Assembly (NCBI GenBank): GCA_036555955.1
Contig: DATBKH010000170.1
Coordinates: 1-54,924 of the forward strand
Length of the DNA stretch: 54,924 nt
Direction: 5' to 3'
Source of the DNA: Candidatus Limnocylindria bacterium
GTDB taxonomy: Bacteria > Chloroflexota > Limnocylindria > P2-11E
The notes under the pieces: model-generated
What the model saw: only the letters and a program-made list of their open reading frames with translations
What the model was told of the DNA's origin: nothing
Databases searched by the model: none
Translations under genes and position numbers: made by a program
Shown: positions 35,400 to 44,172 of the stretch, piece after piece
How positions within the stretch are numbered: position 1 is the stretch's first letter
How the letters are laid out: every line of letters begins with the position of its first letter

Positions 35400-36269
35400 A
35401 TGCGCGTCGGCGTCGTGTTCCCGCATCAGGAGATCGGCGACGATCCGATGCGGATCGCCGCGTTCGCGCAGGCCGCGGAAGACCTCGGATACGCGCACCT
35501 TGTCGCGTACGACCACGTCATCGGCGCCGAGCCCTCCGGCCGGCCGTCGTGGTGGCGGGGCGTGTACACCGATCGCGACGCCTTCCACGAGCCGTTCGTG
35601 CTCTTCGGATTCCTCGCCGCGGTCACCCGGCGGCTCGAGCTCGCCTTCGGCATCGTCATCCTCCCGCAGCGGCAGGCCGTGCTGGTGGCGAAGCAGGCCG
35701 CGACGCTCGACGTGCTGTCGAACGGACGGGTCCGGTTCGGTGCGGGGATCGGCTGGAACCATGTGGAGTACGAAGCTCTCGGCATGGGCTGGCGCGATCG
35801 CGCGAAACGCATCGAGGAGCAGATCGCGGTGCTGCGTCTCCTATGGACGAACGAGGTGGTCGACTTCACCGGGACATGGCATCGCATCGACCGCGCGGGG
35901 ATCCGTCCGCTTCCGGTGCAGCGCCCGATCCCCGTGTGGATGGGCGCGGACGCGGAGATCGGCGTCCGTCGCATCGCACGGCTCGCCGACGGCTGGTTCT
36001 CGCACCTCCCGCCGACCGAGGAAGGCCGCGAGGCGCTCGCGCGCTTCCGCGGTTACGTGCGCGAGGCCGGACGCGATCCGGCGCTGGTCGGTGTCGAGGG
36101 ACGCGTGCCCGCGACTGGATCTCCGGACGAGTGGGCTCGTCGTGCCGAAGCGTTCCGCGACATGGGCATGACCCACCTCGAGCTTCGGACCGGCGGCTCG
36201 CACCTGCCCGACGTCGACGCGCACATCAACGCGATGCGTGTCTTCCGCGAGACCGCCCCCGTGTTCTAG
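35400..36269 (+). CDS. Luciferase-like monooxygenase (LLM) class, probably F420-dependent, oxidoreductase
   Basis: MRVGVVFPHQEIG...FAQAAEDLGYAHLVAYDHV...FHEPFVLFGFLAA.T.RLELAFGIVILPQR is typical of LLM-class F420-linked enzymes. Confidence 0.85.
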   Translation: MRVGVVFPHQEIGDDPMRIAAFAQAAEDLGYAHLVAYDHVIGAEPSGRPSWWRGVYTDRDAFHEPFVLFGFLAAVTRRLELAFGIVILPQRQAVLVAKQAATLDVLSNGRVRFGAGIGWNHVEYEALGMGWRDRAKRIEEQIAVLRLLWTNEVVDFTGTWHRIDRAGIRPLPVQRPIPVWMGADAEIGVRRIARLADGWFSHLPPTEEGREALARFRGYVREAGRDPALVGVEGRVPATGSPDEWARRAEAFRDMGMTHLELRTGGSHLPDVDAHINAMRVFRETAPVF

Positions 36270-37417
36270 CGGGACGCTCCTCGGCGGATCCATACGTCCG
36301 CGCTGATCACGGCGTCGAGCAGGACGACGAAGGCGTTCGATGCCGGCGCGAATCCGCGAGAGAGATCGACGCGCACGATGCGCGGCGCGCCCAGGCCGAG
36401 CGCGGATCGGCGGTCCGGAGCGAGCACCGCGCGGCGCAACAGGCTCTGCGGTGCGAGCCCGACGAGGCTCGGCCCGGCGAGGTATTGGGTGGAGTCCTTC
36501 GACACGTGCATGAGGTACCGGCCGTCCGGCCAGAGCCCGTCGAGCTTCATCGGCCCCTGCGCCTGCAGCCGTGTCTCGCGGCGCGAATCGGTGCCGTCGG
36601 GGAGAACGCTCCAGATGGTCGGGCTGGCCACGAAGAGGCCCGACGCATCGCTGCCCGCGATCGGTCCGGCGAGGAAGTAGATGCGTCCGCCGTCGATGAC
36701 CGGGGAGGCGGCGGATTGGTCGACGAGCTTCCGTAGCGACGGTTGCGTCGGTCCGCCCTCAATTCCGGGGAAAACCTCGACGAGGCGGAGCGCACCGAGC
36801 ACGCCGGTGTCGGATTCGACGAGCACCTCGTCGTCGCTGAGCCACTCGCCGGTGAACGTGTTCCCCGAGAGATTGAGGACGGGGCCGAGGCTTCCGCCTC
36901 CGAAGCGCGAGAAGCCGCCAAGGTAGACGGTCGTCTTTCCATCCGTCGAGCGCTGCACGGTGGCCGCGACGCGCGTTCCCGACGGCGACCAGCGCTGATC
37001 GATGATCCGGAAGCCGGCGGCGCGGACCTCCTGCGGGAGAATGATGTCGTTGCGCGACCCGTCGAGGTCGAAGACGCCGATGCCGAAGTCGGCCACGTAC
37101 GCGACCCGACTTCCGTCGCCCGTCCAGCGGGTCCCGTAGGGTCGCGAGCTGTTCGCGGCCGCGCGGGCTATCGTCCGCGCCTGCGATCCGTCGAGGTTCG
37201 CGACCGAGAGGACGAACGCACCGCTCGGCTCCTGTCGCCAGTACGCGAGCCGCCCCGTGGTGGAGAGCTCGAAACCCGATCCGCCTCTGGGGGGCGGCGG
37301 CGCCACCACGGCTGCGCCGCCGCCGACGTCGACCGTCGCGAAGACCAGCCCGATCGAGGCCCCCGCGACGAACACGGCGACCGCGACGTACGGCAGGAGC
37401 GCTTTGGCGTGCCGCAC
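36266..37417 (-). CDS. Membrane-anchored PD40/TolB-like beta-propeller protein
   Basis: N-terminal anchor (V)RHAKALLPYVAVAVFVAGASIGLVFATV followed by propeller-like repeats. GTG 37417 is preferred, with ATTATT 6 nt upstream. ATG 37471 is an alternative but would overlap the divergent ATG at 37470. Confidence 0.7.
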   Translation of the reverse strand: MRHAKALLPYVAVAVFVAGASIGLVFATVDVGGGAAVVAPPPPRGGSGFELSTTGRLAYWRQEPSGAFVLSVANLDGSQARTIARAAANSSRPYGTRWTGDGSRVAYVADFGIGVFDLDGSRNDIILPQEVRAAGFRIIDQRWSPSGTRVAATVQRSTDGKTTVYLGGFSRFGGGSLGPVLNLSGNTFTGEWLSDDEVLVESDTGVLGALRLVEVFPGIEGGPTQPSLRKLVDQSAASPVIDGGRIYFLAGPIAGSDASGLFVASPTIWSVLPDGTDSRRETRLQAQGPMKLDGLWPDGRYLMHVSKDSTQYLAGPSLVGLAPQSLLRRAVLAPDRRSALGLGAPRIVRVDLSRGFAPASNAFVVLLDAVISADVWIRRGASR

Positions 37418-37469
37418 CTCCCCAATAATCGCTCTAGTGCCGGACCCGCTATCGGCTGCGAAGACGTTC

Positions 37470-37769
37470 ATGGCCGCGCTCGAGGCGAACGACGCCGACG
37501 GTGCGGCGGCGGTGTGCGCCGAGGACGTGGCGATCGACCTGCCCGGCGCGGAGGCCCAGATCGAGGGCCGTGAGGGCGCCAAGAGGCTCGTGCGCATGGC
37601 GCCGGCGTTCGTGCGCGTGATCCGGGAGGAGTCGGTCCTCGGGAACACGGTCATCCTGCGCGGGCTCACGAGATCGCCGGGGCACTTCGCGAACTACACG
37701 ACCTGGACGTTCGAGACGAACGGCGATCTCATCACGCACGTCAGCTTCGCCTGGCGCCCGGCGAACTAG
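37470..37769 (+). CDS. SnoaL/NTF2-like small protein
   Basis: 99 aa beginning MAALEANDADGAAAVCAEDVAIDLPG, the typical opening of SnoaL-like/NTF2-fold proteins. Confidence 0.6.
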   Translation: MAALEANDADGAAAVCAEDVAIDLPGAEAQIEGREGAKRLVRMAPAFVRVIREESVLGNTVILRGLTRSPGHFANYTTWTFETNGDLITHVSFAWRPAN

Positions 37770-37772
37770 CCC

Positions 37773-38261
37773 GTGATCCTCGATGTCGTCGTCGGCGGCG
37801 CCGGGCCGAAGGGCCTTGGCGTGTTCGCTCGACGGAGATTTCGCCGTGGCGAATTCATCTTCCGCCGACGTCATGGCCGGGTCGTCCACAGGCACGAGCT
37901 CAGTTCGTTGTCGCCGATCGAGCGGCGCCACCTGTGTGAGCTCGACGCCGATCGCAGCGCGGTGCTTCTCCCGCCGGGCTGCTATCTGAATCACTCGTGT
38001 GACCCAAACGCGATGCGCAGCGGGGTCAAGGTGTTCGCGTGGCGACCGATCCGACCGGACGAGGAGATCACGATCGACTACCGGCTCAACGCGCTCGGCG
38101 GCGGCGCCTCGCGATGCTTCTGTGGCGGACCGTCCTGCACGGGAACAGTCCGCGACGACTTCTTCTCCCTCCCGCCGGCGCGCCAGCGCGCATACCTCCG
38201 CTACGCGCCGCCCTACATCAAGCGCGAGTACCGCAGGCGGTCCGCTCAGGTCTCGATGTAG
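37773..38261 (+). CDS. SET-domain protein (putative lysine methyltransferase)
   Basis: GxG-type N-SET GPKGLGVFA, NHSCDPN, EEITIDY, and the post-SET cysteine cluster CFCGGPSC. Confidence 0.8.
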   Translation: MILDVVVGGAGPKGLGVFARRRFRRGEFIFRRRHGRVVHRHELSSLSPIERRHLCELDADRSAVLLPPGCYLNHSCDPNAMRSGVKVFAWRPIRPDEEITIDYRLNALGGGASRCFCGGPSCTGTVRDDFFSLPPARQRAYLRYAPPYIKREYRRRSAQVSM

Positions 38262-38542
38262 CGGAACGAGCGGGGGATCTTCGCGAGGCCGAACTCGGCG
38301 ACCGGGCGCGGCTTCCGGTAACGGCGCGCCTTGCTCACGGGGAGCGCCCAGCCCTTGGCGGTGTGCCGCTCGGCGGGTCCGAGCTCGCACTCCCCGACGA
38401 CCGAGCCGGTGCCGACGACCGCGAGATACGCGCGCGCCGGCAGCCTCTTCGGCGGGAACCGGCGATGATCGCGGTCGCGTTCGCCGGAGAGCAGCGCGTC
38501 GGCGTTCTCCGCGGTGGTCGCAAGGACGATGGCAGAGGCCAT
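38246..38542 (-). CDS. Small PUA-like protein, ASCH-domain-like
   Basis: ATG at 38542 with GGAGGGAG just upstream. 98 aa with a ...VVGECEL...W...PRSFRYI pattern resembling ASCH domains. The 3' end overlaps the SET gene by 16 nt. Confidence 0.5.
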   Translation of the reverse strand: MASAIVLATTAENADALLSGERDRDHRRFPPKRLPARAYLAVVGTGSVVGECELGPAERHTAKGWALPVSKARRYRKPRPVAEFGLAKIPRSFRYIET

Positions 38543-38572
38543 GACTCCCTCCAGGAAGGCGTGCTCCTCTTC

Positions 38573-39145
38573 CTAGCGGACGCCTCTTGCGCGGTAGCGC
38601 TTGCCGATCGCCGCCAGGTCCCCAGGGGCGAGACCCGCGAAGAAGCCGAACGCCTCCTGGAGGTACGCGGTCTCGGACGGCGCGCGCTCGCGATCGTCGG
38701 CGGTGTCCTCCGCGGCCACGGCCTGCACCTGCCAGGCGAAACCCAGCACGTGCCGGAACACGACGAGCGCGCGCTCCAGATGGAACGGTGAGGTCACCAG
38801 ATAGATCGGTCGTGGGTCGATGCGCGCCAGATAGCGCTCCGCCACCTCGATCGCGTTGCCGATCGTGTCCCGCGAGCGCTCCTCGAGGAAGATGCGCTCG
38901 CGTGCGATGCCCGCATCCGCGATGAGGTCGGCCATCACCGCGGCCTCGGTCCTCCCCGGCGCCGGTCCGTCGCCGTGGCTTCCCGACGCGATCACCGCGA
39001 GATCGTCGCGGGTGTGCGCGAGCTGCGCGGCGGCGCGGGCGCGTGCCGCGGTCGAGTCGGTCGGCTCGCCGGTGTCGCGGACCCCTCCACCAAGCACGAC
39101 GGCGACCTCGGGAAAGCCCTCGAGGTCGCCGTCGTCGTTCGTCAC
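38573..39145 (-). CDS. YdcF/DUF218 (ElyC/SanA-like) family protein
   Basis: VVLGGG near the N-terminus, E.RS.DT.GNA, and TSPFHLERA motifs. Confidence 0.8.
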   Translation of the reverse strand: MTNDDGDLEGFPEVAVVLGGGVRDTGEPTDSTAARARAAAQLAHTRDDLAVIASGSHGDGPAPGRTEAAVMADLIADAGIARERIFLEERSRDTIGNAIEVAERYLARIDPRPIYLVTSPFHLERALVVFRHVLGFAWQVQAVAAEDTADDRERAPSETAYLQEAFGFFAGLAPGDLAAIGKRYRARGVR

Positions 39146-39154
39146 TCGCGTCGC

Positions 39155-40933
39155 TTAGATCTTGTGGAGCGTTCCGTCCATGAGCATGACGACGGTGAAG
39201 TTGTCGCCGCCGCCCTGGTTGTAGATCGGGTCGCCGTCCGGCTTCCAGCCGGCGACGCGCGCCTTGTCGTTGATCGGGTTGTTGTTGAGCCGCTCGTAGA
39301 TCGGGACGCACGGGAGCAGCTCGTTGAAGGCGAGCGCGATCTTCGTCACGGGGTCCTTCTGCTTCGCCGTGTCGAACCCGGCGATGGCGTCGTCGAGCAC
39401 CGTGTCGAAGTTGATCTGCCCGCCGGAGTACGTCTGCGTGAGCGGGTACTTCATGCCGCCGCCCGGCGCGTCCTTGCTGAACTCGCGGAACGGCCGCACC
39501 AGCGAAGCTTGCGGGTGCGGGTTACCGATGCCCCACGGGTTCATGGCGATCTGGAACTTGCCTGCGTTCGTGTCCGGCAGCTGCGTCGAGCGGATCGCGC
39601 CACGCGGCGTGATCTTGATGCCGAACTTGTTCAGCGCGTCCGAGGCGTAGGTCGCGGCCGCGGCCCAGTCCTGGAAGTCGCTCGGGAAGTACAGCTCGAA
39701 CGCGAGAGGCTTGCCGCCCTTCGCGTAGATGCCGTCGCCGCCCTTCGCGTATCCGGCGTCCTTCATGAGCTGGTCGGCCTTCGCGGCGTCGAAGGCGTAC
39801 GCGTTCAGCTTGCTCTGGTCCGCCGAGTTCACCCAGTTCGGGACGAGGCTGTCGGCGAAGCCGGCCATGTACTTCGGTGCGCGTGCCGATGTGCCGTAGA
39901 AGATCTTCCCGGCCTCCTCGCGGTTGAAGGCCATGGCGACGGCTTGCCGGAGGCGCTTGTCCTGGAATTCCGGCGCGTTCTCCCAGTGGAAGTACAGCGC
40001 CGGTCCGGTGAAGATCGGACCGCGGACGATGCGGAAGCCCTTGTCCTGGAACGCCTTGTCCGTCGCCAGCGGGAAGCCGTGCGTCGCGTAGTCGACGTCG
40101 CCGTTCAGCACGAGCGGCGTGATCTCCGCGGTCTCGCCCTGATAGACGACGACCTTGTCGAAGTTCACTTGATCCGCGAAGAGACCGCCCGGGTTCTTCA
40201 CGAGGGTCATCTGCGCGGCCGTGACGCTGGCCGTGTCGATCTTGTACGGGCCGACCGAGTACGGCTTGTCGGGGCGGAACGCGTTCATCTCGGCGATGAG
40301 CGCTTTTCCGGCGTCGGTGGTGTTCGTCCCGCCGCCGGTGTAGAAGTCCTGCGCCTTCTTCGCGAGCGCGCCGAAGACGGAGTCCGGCTTGATGCCGTTG
40401 CGAAGGATGAGCCGCTCGCCGAGGCTCGTCGGGCGCGTGTAGTGGAAGCGCACGTTGAGGTCGTCGATCGCCTCGACCTTGTCGATGAAGTTCCAGATGC
40501 CGTAGGCGGCGAGACGGCCGACCCAGTACGTGGTGACCACGTCCTTGGAGGTGAAGGCCTTGCCGTCGTCCCACTTCAGACCGGAACGGAGCTTGACCTC
40601 GTAGTTGTCGCCGTTCTGCTTCGCCGACTCGGCGAGCCAGTACTGCCACTTGTTGTCGTTCCACAGGTACACGCCGAGCGACGGCACGAAGAGATCGCTG
40701 TAGATGCTCCCGAACAGGATGGCGTTCGTCGCGAAGTAGTTGTAGTGACCCTGCGGCGGCAGGACGTAGGGCCAGCCGCCGTGGAACTCGCCGCCCTTCG
40801 CGGCCGTCCCGCCGCTGGGCGTGCCACCCGGCGTCGGCGCGCAAGCTGCCGCGACGAGGCCGAGAGATGTCAGGGTCGCATCCCGCAGGAAGCGCCGTCG
40901 CGTGACGGAATACCTGGTCGCTGAGTCGGTCAT
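39155..40933 (-). CDS. ABC transporter substrate-binding lipoprotein, peptide/nickel (family 5) type, Tat signal
   Basis: TRRRFLRDATLTSLGLVAAAC combines a twin-arginine motif with a lipobox. Its ~590-aa length and content fit a DppA/OppA-like protein. Confidence 0.9.
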   Translation of the reverse strand: MTDSATRYSVTRRRFLRDATLTSLGLVAAACAPTPGGTPSGGTAAKGGEFHGGWPYVLPPQGHYNYFATNAILFGSIYSDLFVPSLGVYLWNDNKWQYWLAESAKQNGDNYEVKLRSGLKWDDGKAFTSKDVVTTYWVGRLAAYGIWNFIDKVEAIDDLNVRFHYTRPTSLGERLILRNGIKPDSVFGALAKKAQDFYTGGGTNTTDAGKALIAEMNAFRPDKPYSVGPYKIDTASVTAAQMTLVKNPGGLFADQVNFDKVVVYQGETAEITPLVLNGDVDYATHGFPLATDKAFQDKGFRIVRGPIFTGPALYFHWENAPEFQDKRLRQAVAMAFNREEAGKIFYGTSARAPKYMAGFADSLVPNWVNSADQSKLNAYAFDAAKADQLMKDAGYAKGGDGIYAKGGKPLAFELYFPSDFQDWAAAATYASDALNKFGIKITPRGAIRSTQLPDTNAGKFQIAMNPWGIGNPHPQASLVRPFREFSKDAPGGGMKYPLTQTYSGGQINFDTVLDDAIAGFDTAKQKDPVTKIALAFNELLPCVPIYERLNNNPINDKARVAGWKPDGDPIYNQGGGDNFTVVMLMDGTLHKI

Positions 40934-41205
40934 CTATCCCCTCCCGAACGCGAATCTGGTCCCACGTAGTAAGCCTTCTCAGACGCTTTGTCGACTGAGT
41001 TCGACCTCCCTGTTCGCGGCGGCGGTGGGAGCGACGAACGCGCGAGGACCGTGACGATCCCCACGAACAGCGCGCCTACCACCAGAGCCAGAACGGTCGC
41101 GACGAACTCCGGCGACGAGCGATCCTCAAAAGGAAGTACCAGCAGGGCCATGAACAAGATCAAGAAACCGAGCCGGAACGCGCTCCGGAGGAGGATCGGA
41201 TCCAT
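40930..41205 (-). CDS. 91-aa two-TM membrane protein embedded in the ABC operon
   Basis: MDPILLRSAFRLGFLILFMALLVLPF...FVATVLALVVGALFVGIVTVLA. The start overlaps the upstream ATPase stop (TGATG) and the stop overlaps the SBP start (ATGA). Confidence 0.55.
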   Translation of the reverse strand: MDPILLRSAFRLGFLILFMALLVLPFEDRSSPEFVATVLALVVGALFVGIVTVLARSSLPPPPRTGRSNSVDKASEKAYYVGPDSRSGGDR

Positions 41206-42242
41206 CAGGCGGTGGCGGCGGCGCGCTCCAGGGTCCGCTCGCGCACGGCGACGTGGCACGCCACCTCCCGGTCGGCGCTGGGCCCCTGGGCGCTCGGCCC
41301 TCCGGGGATCGCAAGGAGCTCGGGCACCTTCACGTCGCACAGTCCGGCTTCGAAGAGCGGGCAGCGGGGATGGAACGTGCACCCCGAAGGGAGCCGGAGA
41401 AGGCTCGGGATCTCGGCGCTTCGGAGCTCGACGCGCCGCTTGGAGCGGGTGATGTCGGGGTCCGCCTCGGGGATCGCCGCGATAAGCGCGGCGGAGTAGG
41501 GGTGGGCCGGATCCGCCACGAGCGGCTCGGTGTCGGCGAGCTCGACCACGCGGCCGAGGTACATGACGCCGATGCGTCCCTGTCGAGCGAAGTACCGGGC
41601 AACGGCGAGGTCGTGCGTGATGAGCACGATCGTCACGCCGAACTCGCGTCCGAGCGCGAGCAGCAGGTTCAGGAGGCTGATGCGGATGGAGACGTCGACC
41701 ATGGAGACCGCCTCGTCGGCCACGATGACCTTCGGATCGACCGTGAGCGCTCGCGCGATGGCGACGCGCTGGCGCTGCCCGCCGGAGAGCTGATGCGGGT
41801 ACTTCGCGATGAAGTTCTCGGTCGGGGTGAGATCGACCCGCTGCAGGAGCTCCGTCACCGACGCGAGCGCCTGCCGTCCGGAGCGCGCCTTCTTGTGCCG
41901 GTAGAGCGGCGCCGAGAGCGTCTGGAACACGGTGCGCGTCGGATTCAGCGACGCGTACGGATCCTGGTGAACGAGCTGCACCGCGCGGCGGAAGCGCGCG
42001 AGGTCCGCGCCCTTCGTGAGCCACACGTCCTTTCCCTCGTAGAGGAGCCGGCCACCGGTCGGGCGCAGGAGGCCGGTGAGGAGCCTGCCCGTCGTCGTTT
42101 TGCCGCACCCGCTCTCGCCGACGAGGCACATGGCTTCGCCGGCCTGGAGCGCGAGCGACACCGAGTCGACGGCGGTGATCAGCCCGCCCGGCGTCTGAAA
42201 CGTGCGACTGACGCGATCGAGCTCGATGAGCGGCGTGCTCAC
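41205..42242 (-). CDS. Peptide ABC transporter ATP-binding protein (DppF/OppF-like)
   Basis: Walker A GESGCGKTT, signature LSGGQRQR, Walker B VIVADE, and a C-terminal Cys-containing oligopeptide-ATPase extension. GTG at 42242 overlaps the upstream stop. Confidence 0.9.
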   Translation of the reverse strand: MSTPLIELDRVSRTFQTPGGLITAVDSVSLALQAGEAMCLVGESGCGKTTTGRLLTGLLRPTGGRLLYEGKDVWLTKGADLARFRRAVQLVHQDPYASLNPTRTVFQTLSAPLYRHKKARSGRQALASVTELLQRVDLTPTENFIAKYPHQLSGGQRQRVAIARALTVDPKVIVADEAVSMVDVSIRISLLNLLLALGREFGVTIVLITHDLAVARYFARQGRIGVMYLGRVVELADTEPLVADPAHPYSAALIAAIPEADPDITRSKRRVELRSAEIPSLLRLPSGCTFHPRCPLFEAGLCDVKVPELLAIPGGPSAQGPSADREVACHVAVRERTLERAAATA

Positions 42243-43264
42243 GCGAGCTTCTCGGCGACGGGAATCTCGCTCGAGCCGATGACCCCGGCGACGTGCTTCC
42301 AGCGGATGCACGCGGCGGCGTGGTTCGGCGTGTCGACCGTCAGGAGCGGCGGGTCGGCCGCGCGGCATTCCTCGATCGCGTACGGGCAGCGCGGCGCGTA
42401 GGTGCACCCCTTCGGCAGCCGGATGAGGTCGGGCGGCGAACCGGGGATCGAGGCGACGCTCCCGAGCGCGCCGGACACGCGCGGCACCGCGCGGAGAAGA
42501 CCGACCGAGTAAGGGTGCCGCGGCCGGTAGAACATGTCGTCGACGCTCGCCTGCTCGACCACGCGTCCCGCGTACATCGTGATCATCCGGTCCGCGAGCT
42601 CGGCCGCGATCGACAGGTCGTGCGAGATGAAGATCATCGAGAACCCCAGGCGCTGACGGAGCTGCCGGAGCAGATCGATGATCGATCGCTGCGTCAGGAT
42701 GTCGAGCGCCGTCGTCGGCTCGTCGAGGATGACGAGCTGCGGCTCGAGCATGAGCGAGAGCGCGATGAGCACGCGCTGCTTCATGCCGCCCGAAAGCTCG
42801 TGCGGGAACGCCGGAAGCACGCGCTTCGCGTCGAGGTGCACGAGGTCGAGCAGCTCGGCGGCGCGGTCCCGCACGCGGTGCCGGTCCTTCATCCCGTGCG
42901 CGCGCGCCGTGTCCAGGAACTGCTCCCAGATCGAGATGACCGGATTGAAGGAATTCAGTGCGGCCTGGAAGACCATCGCGCACTCCGCCCAGCGGTACTC
43001 GCGCAGGTCGTCGTCGTCGAGCTTGCGCACGTCGCTGGTCTGGCCGTCCTTCGTGTAGAGGATCTCCCCGCTCGTCACCTTCGTCCCTCGCGGCGAAAGG
43101 CGGATGAGTCCGACGGCGAGCGTGGTCTTTCCGGAGCCGCTCTCGCCGATGATCGCGAGGGTCTCGCTCTTCTCGAGGTCGAACGAGACGCTGCGCACGG
43201 CGTGCACCGCGCCGCGGCGGGTGAGGTAATCGATGGACAGGTCGCGCACCGAGAGGACCGGCAC
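42239..43264 (-). CDS. Peptide ABC transporter ATP-binding protein (DppD/OppD-like)
   Basis: Walker A GESGSGKTT, signature LSGGMKQR, Walker B LVILDEPT. GTG start at 43264, 2 nt after the permease stop. Confidence 0.9.
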   Translation of the reverse strand: MPVLSVRDLSIDYLTRRGAVHAVRSVSFDLEKSETLAIIGESGSGKTTLAVGLIRLSPRGTKVTSGEILYTKDGQTSDVRKLDDDDLREYRWAECAMVFQAALNSFNPVISIWEQFLDTARAHGMKDRHRVRDRAAELLDLVHLDAKRVLPAFPHELSGGMKQRVLIALSLMLEPQLVILDEPTTALDILTQRSIIDLLRQLRQRLGFSMIFISHDLSIAAELADRMITMYAGRVVEQASVDDMFYRPRHPYSVGLLRAVPRVSGALGSVASIPGSPPDLIRLPKGCTYAPRCPYAIEECRAADPPLLTVDTPNHAAACIRWKHVAGVIGSSEIPVAEKLA

Positions 43265-43266
43265 GA

Positions 43267-44172
43267 TCAGGCCCCGCGCAGGCGTGGGTTGAAGATGTCC
43301 TCCAGCGCCGAAGCGAACGACACGAGGGAGAGCTGGACGAGCGCGATCGCGGTGATCGGGCTGAGGATGTACCAGAGGCTGTCGCGGAAGAACAGCGCGC
43401 CCTGATCGCGCGCGAAGTACAGCATGATGCCCCAGTTCGATCCGGTGAGCGGCAGGAGCCCCAGCAGGATGATGCCGACCTGCGCGTACATCGCCTCGGT
43501 CATCGCGAGGATGAAGTGGATGACGATGTAGCTCCGCATCGTCGGCAGGATCTCGCGGAACACGATGTGGAAGAGACCGAGGTCGAGCGATCGCGCCGCC
43601 TCCACGTAGTCGCGCTCCTTCAGGGACAGCACCTGCGCGCGCACTTGCCGGAGCAGGCTCGACCACTGGATGGCGGCGAGGATGAACGCGAGCACGACGA
43701 AGCTCGTCGGTCGCAGGATCGCCGCGATGGCGATGAGGAGGATCAGCTTCGGCAGCGTGAGCGTGACGTCGGTGATCGCGAGGATCGCCGCGTCGAGCCG
43801 GCCGCCGACGGTCGCCGAGATCGAGCCGAAGGTGATCGCGATGAGCGTCGAGAAGAACGCGGCGAGGATCGCGACGATGAGGATCGGCTGGCCGCCGTAG
43901 ACGATCTGGTTCAGGACGTCCTTGCCCTGGAAGTCCGTGCCGAGCGGATGGGCCGGCGAGGGCGTCTGGTAGATCTCGGCGAGGCTCGGATCGTTCCGCA
44001 GCGGCACGAAGAACGGCACGATGAACGCGAGGACGAGGAAGAAGACGATGCCGATGAAGCCGGCGAGGCCCACCGGACGCTTCGCGAGAAGCCGCAGGAA
44101 GTCGATCGCTCCGGCGAGCGGTCCGGAGATCCGCTGACCGATGGTCGGTCGCGCGATGACCGCGGTCGTCAT
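43267..44172 (-). CDS. Peptide ABC transporter permease (DppC/OppC-like)
   Basis: Six hydrophobic segments and a BPD-transport EAA-like region EAARSLDLGLFHIVFREILP. Confidence 0.9.
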   Translation of the reverse strand: MTTAVIARPTIGQRISGPLAGAIDFLRLLAKRPVGLAGFIGIVFFLVLAFIVPFFVPLRNDPSLAEIYQTPSPAHPLGTDFQGKDVLNQIVYGGQPILIVAILAAFFSTLIAITFGSISATVGGRLDAAILAITDVTLTLPKLILLIAIAAILRPTSFVVLAFILAAIQWSSLLRQVRAQVLSLKERDYVEAARSLDLGLFHIVFREILPTMRSYIVIHFILAMTEAMYAQVGIILLGLLPLTGSNWGIMLYFARDQGALFFRDSLWYILSPITAIALVQLSLVSFASALEDIFNPRLRGA

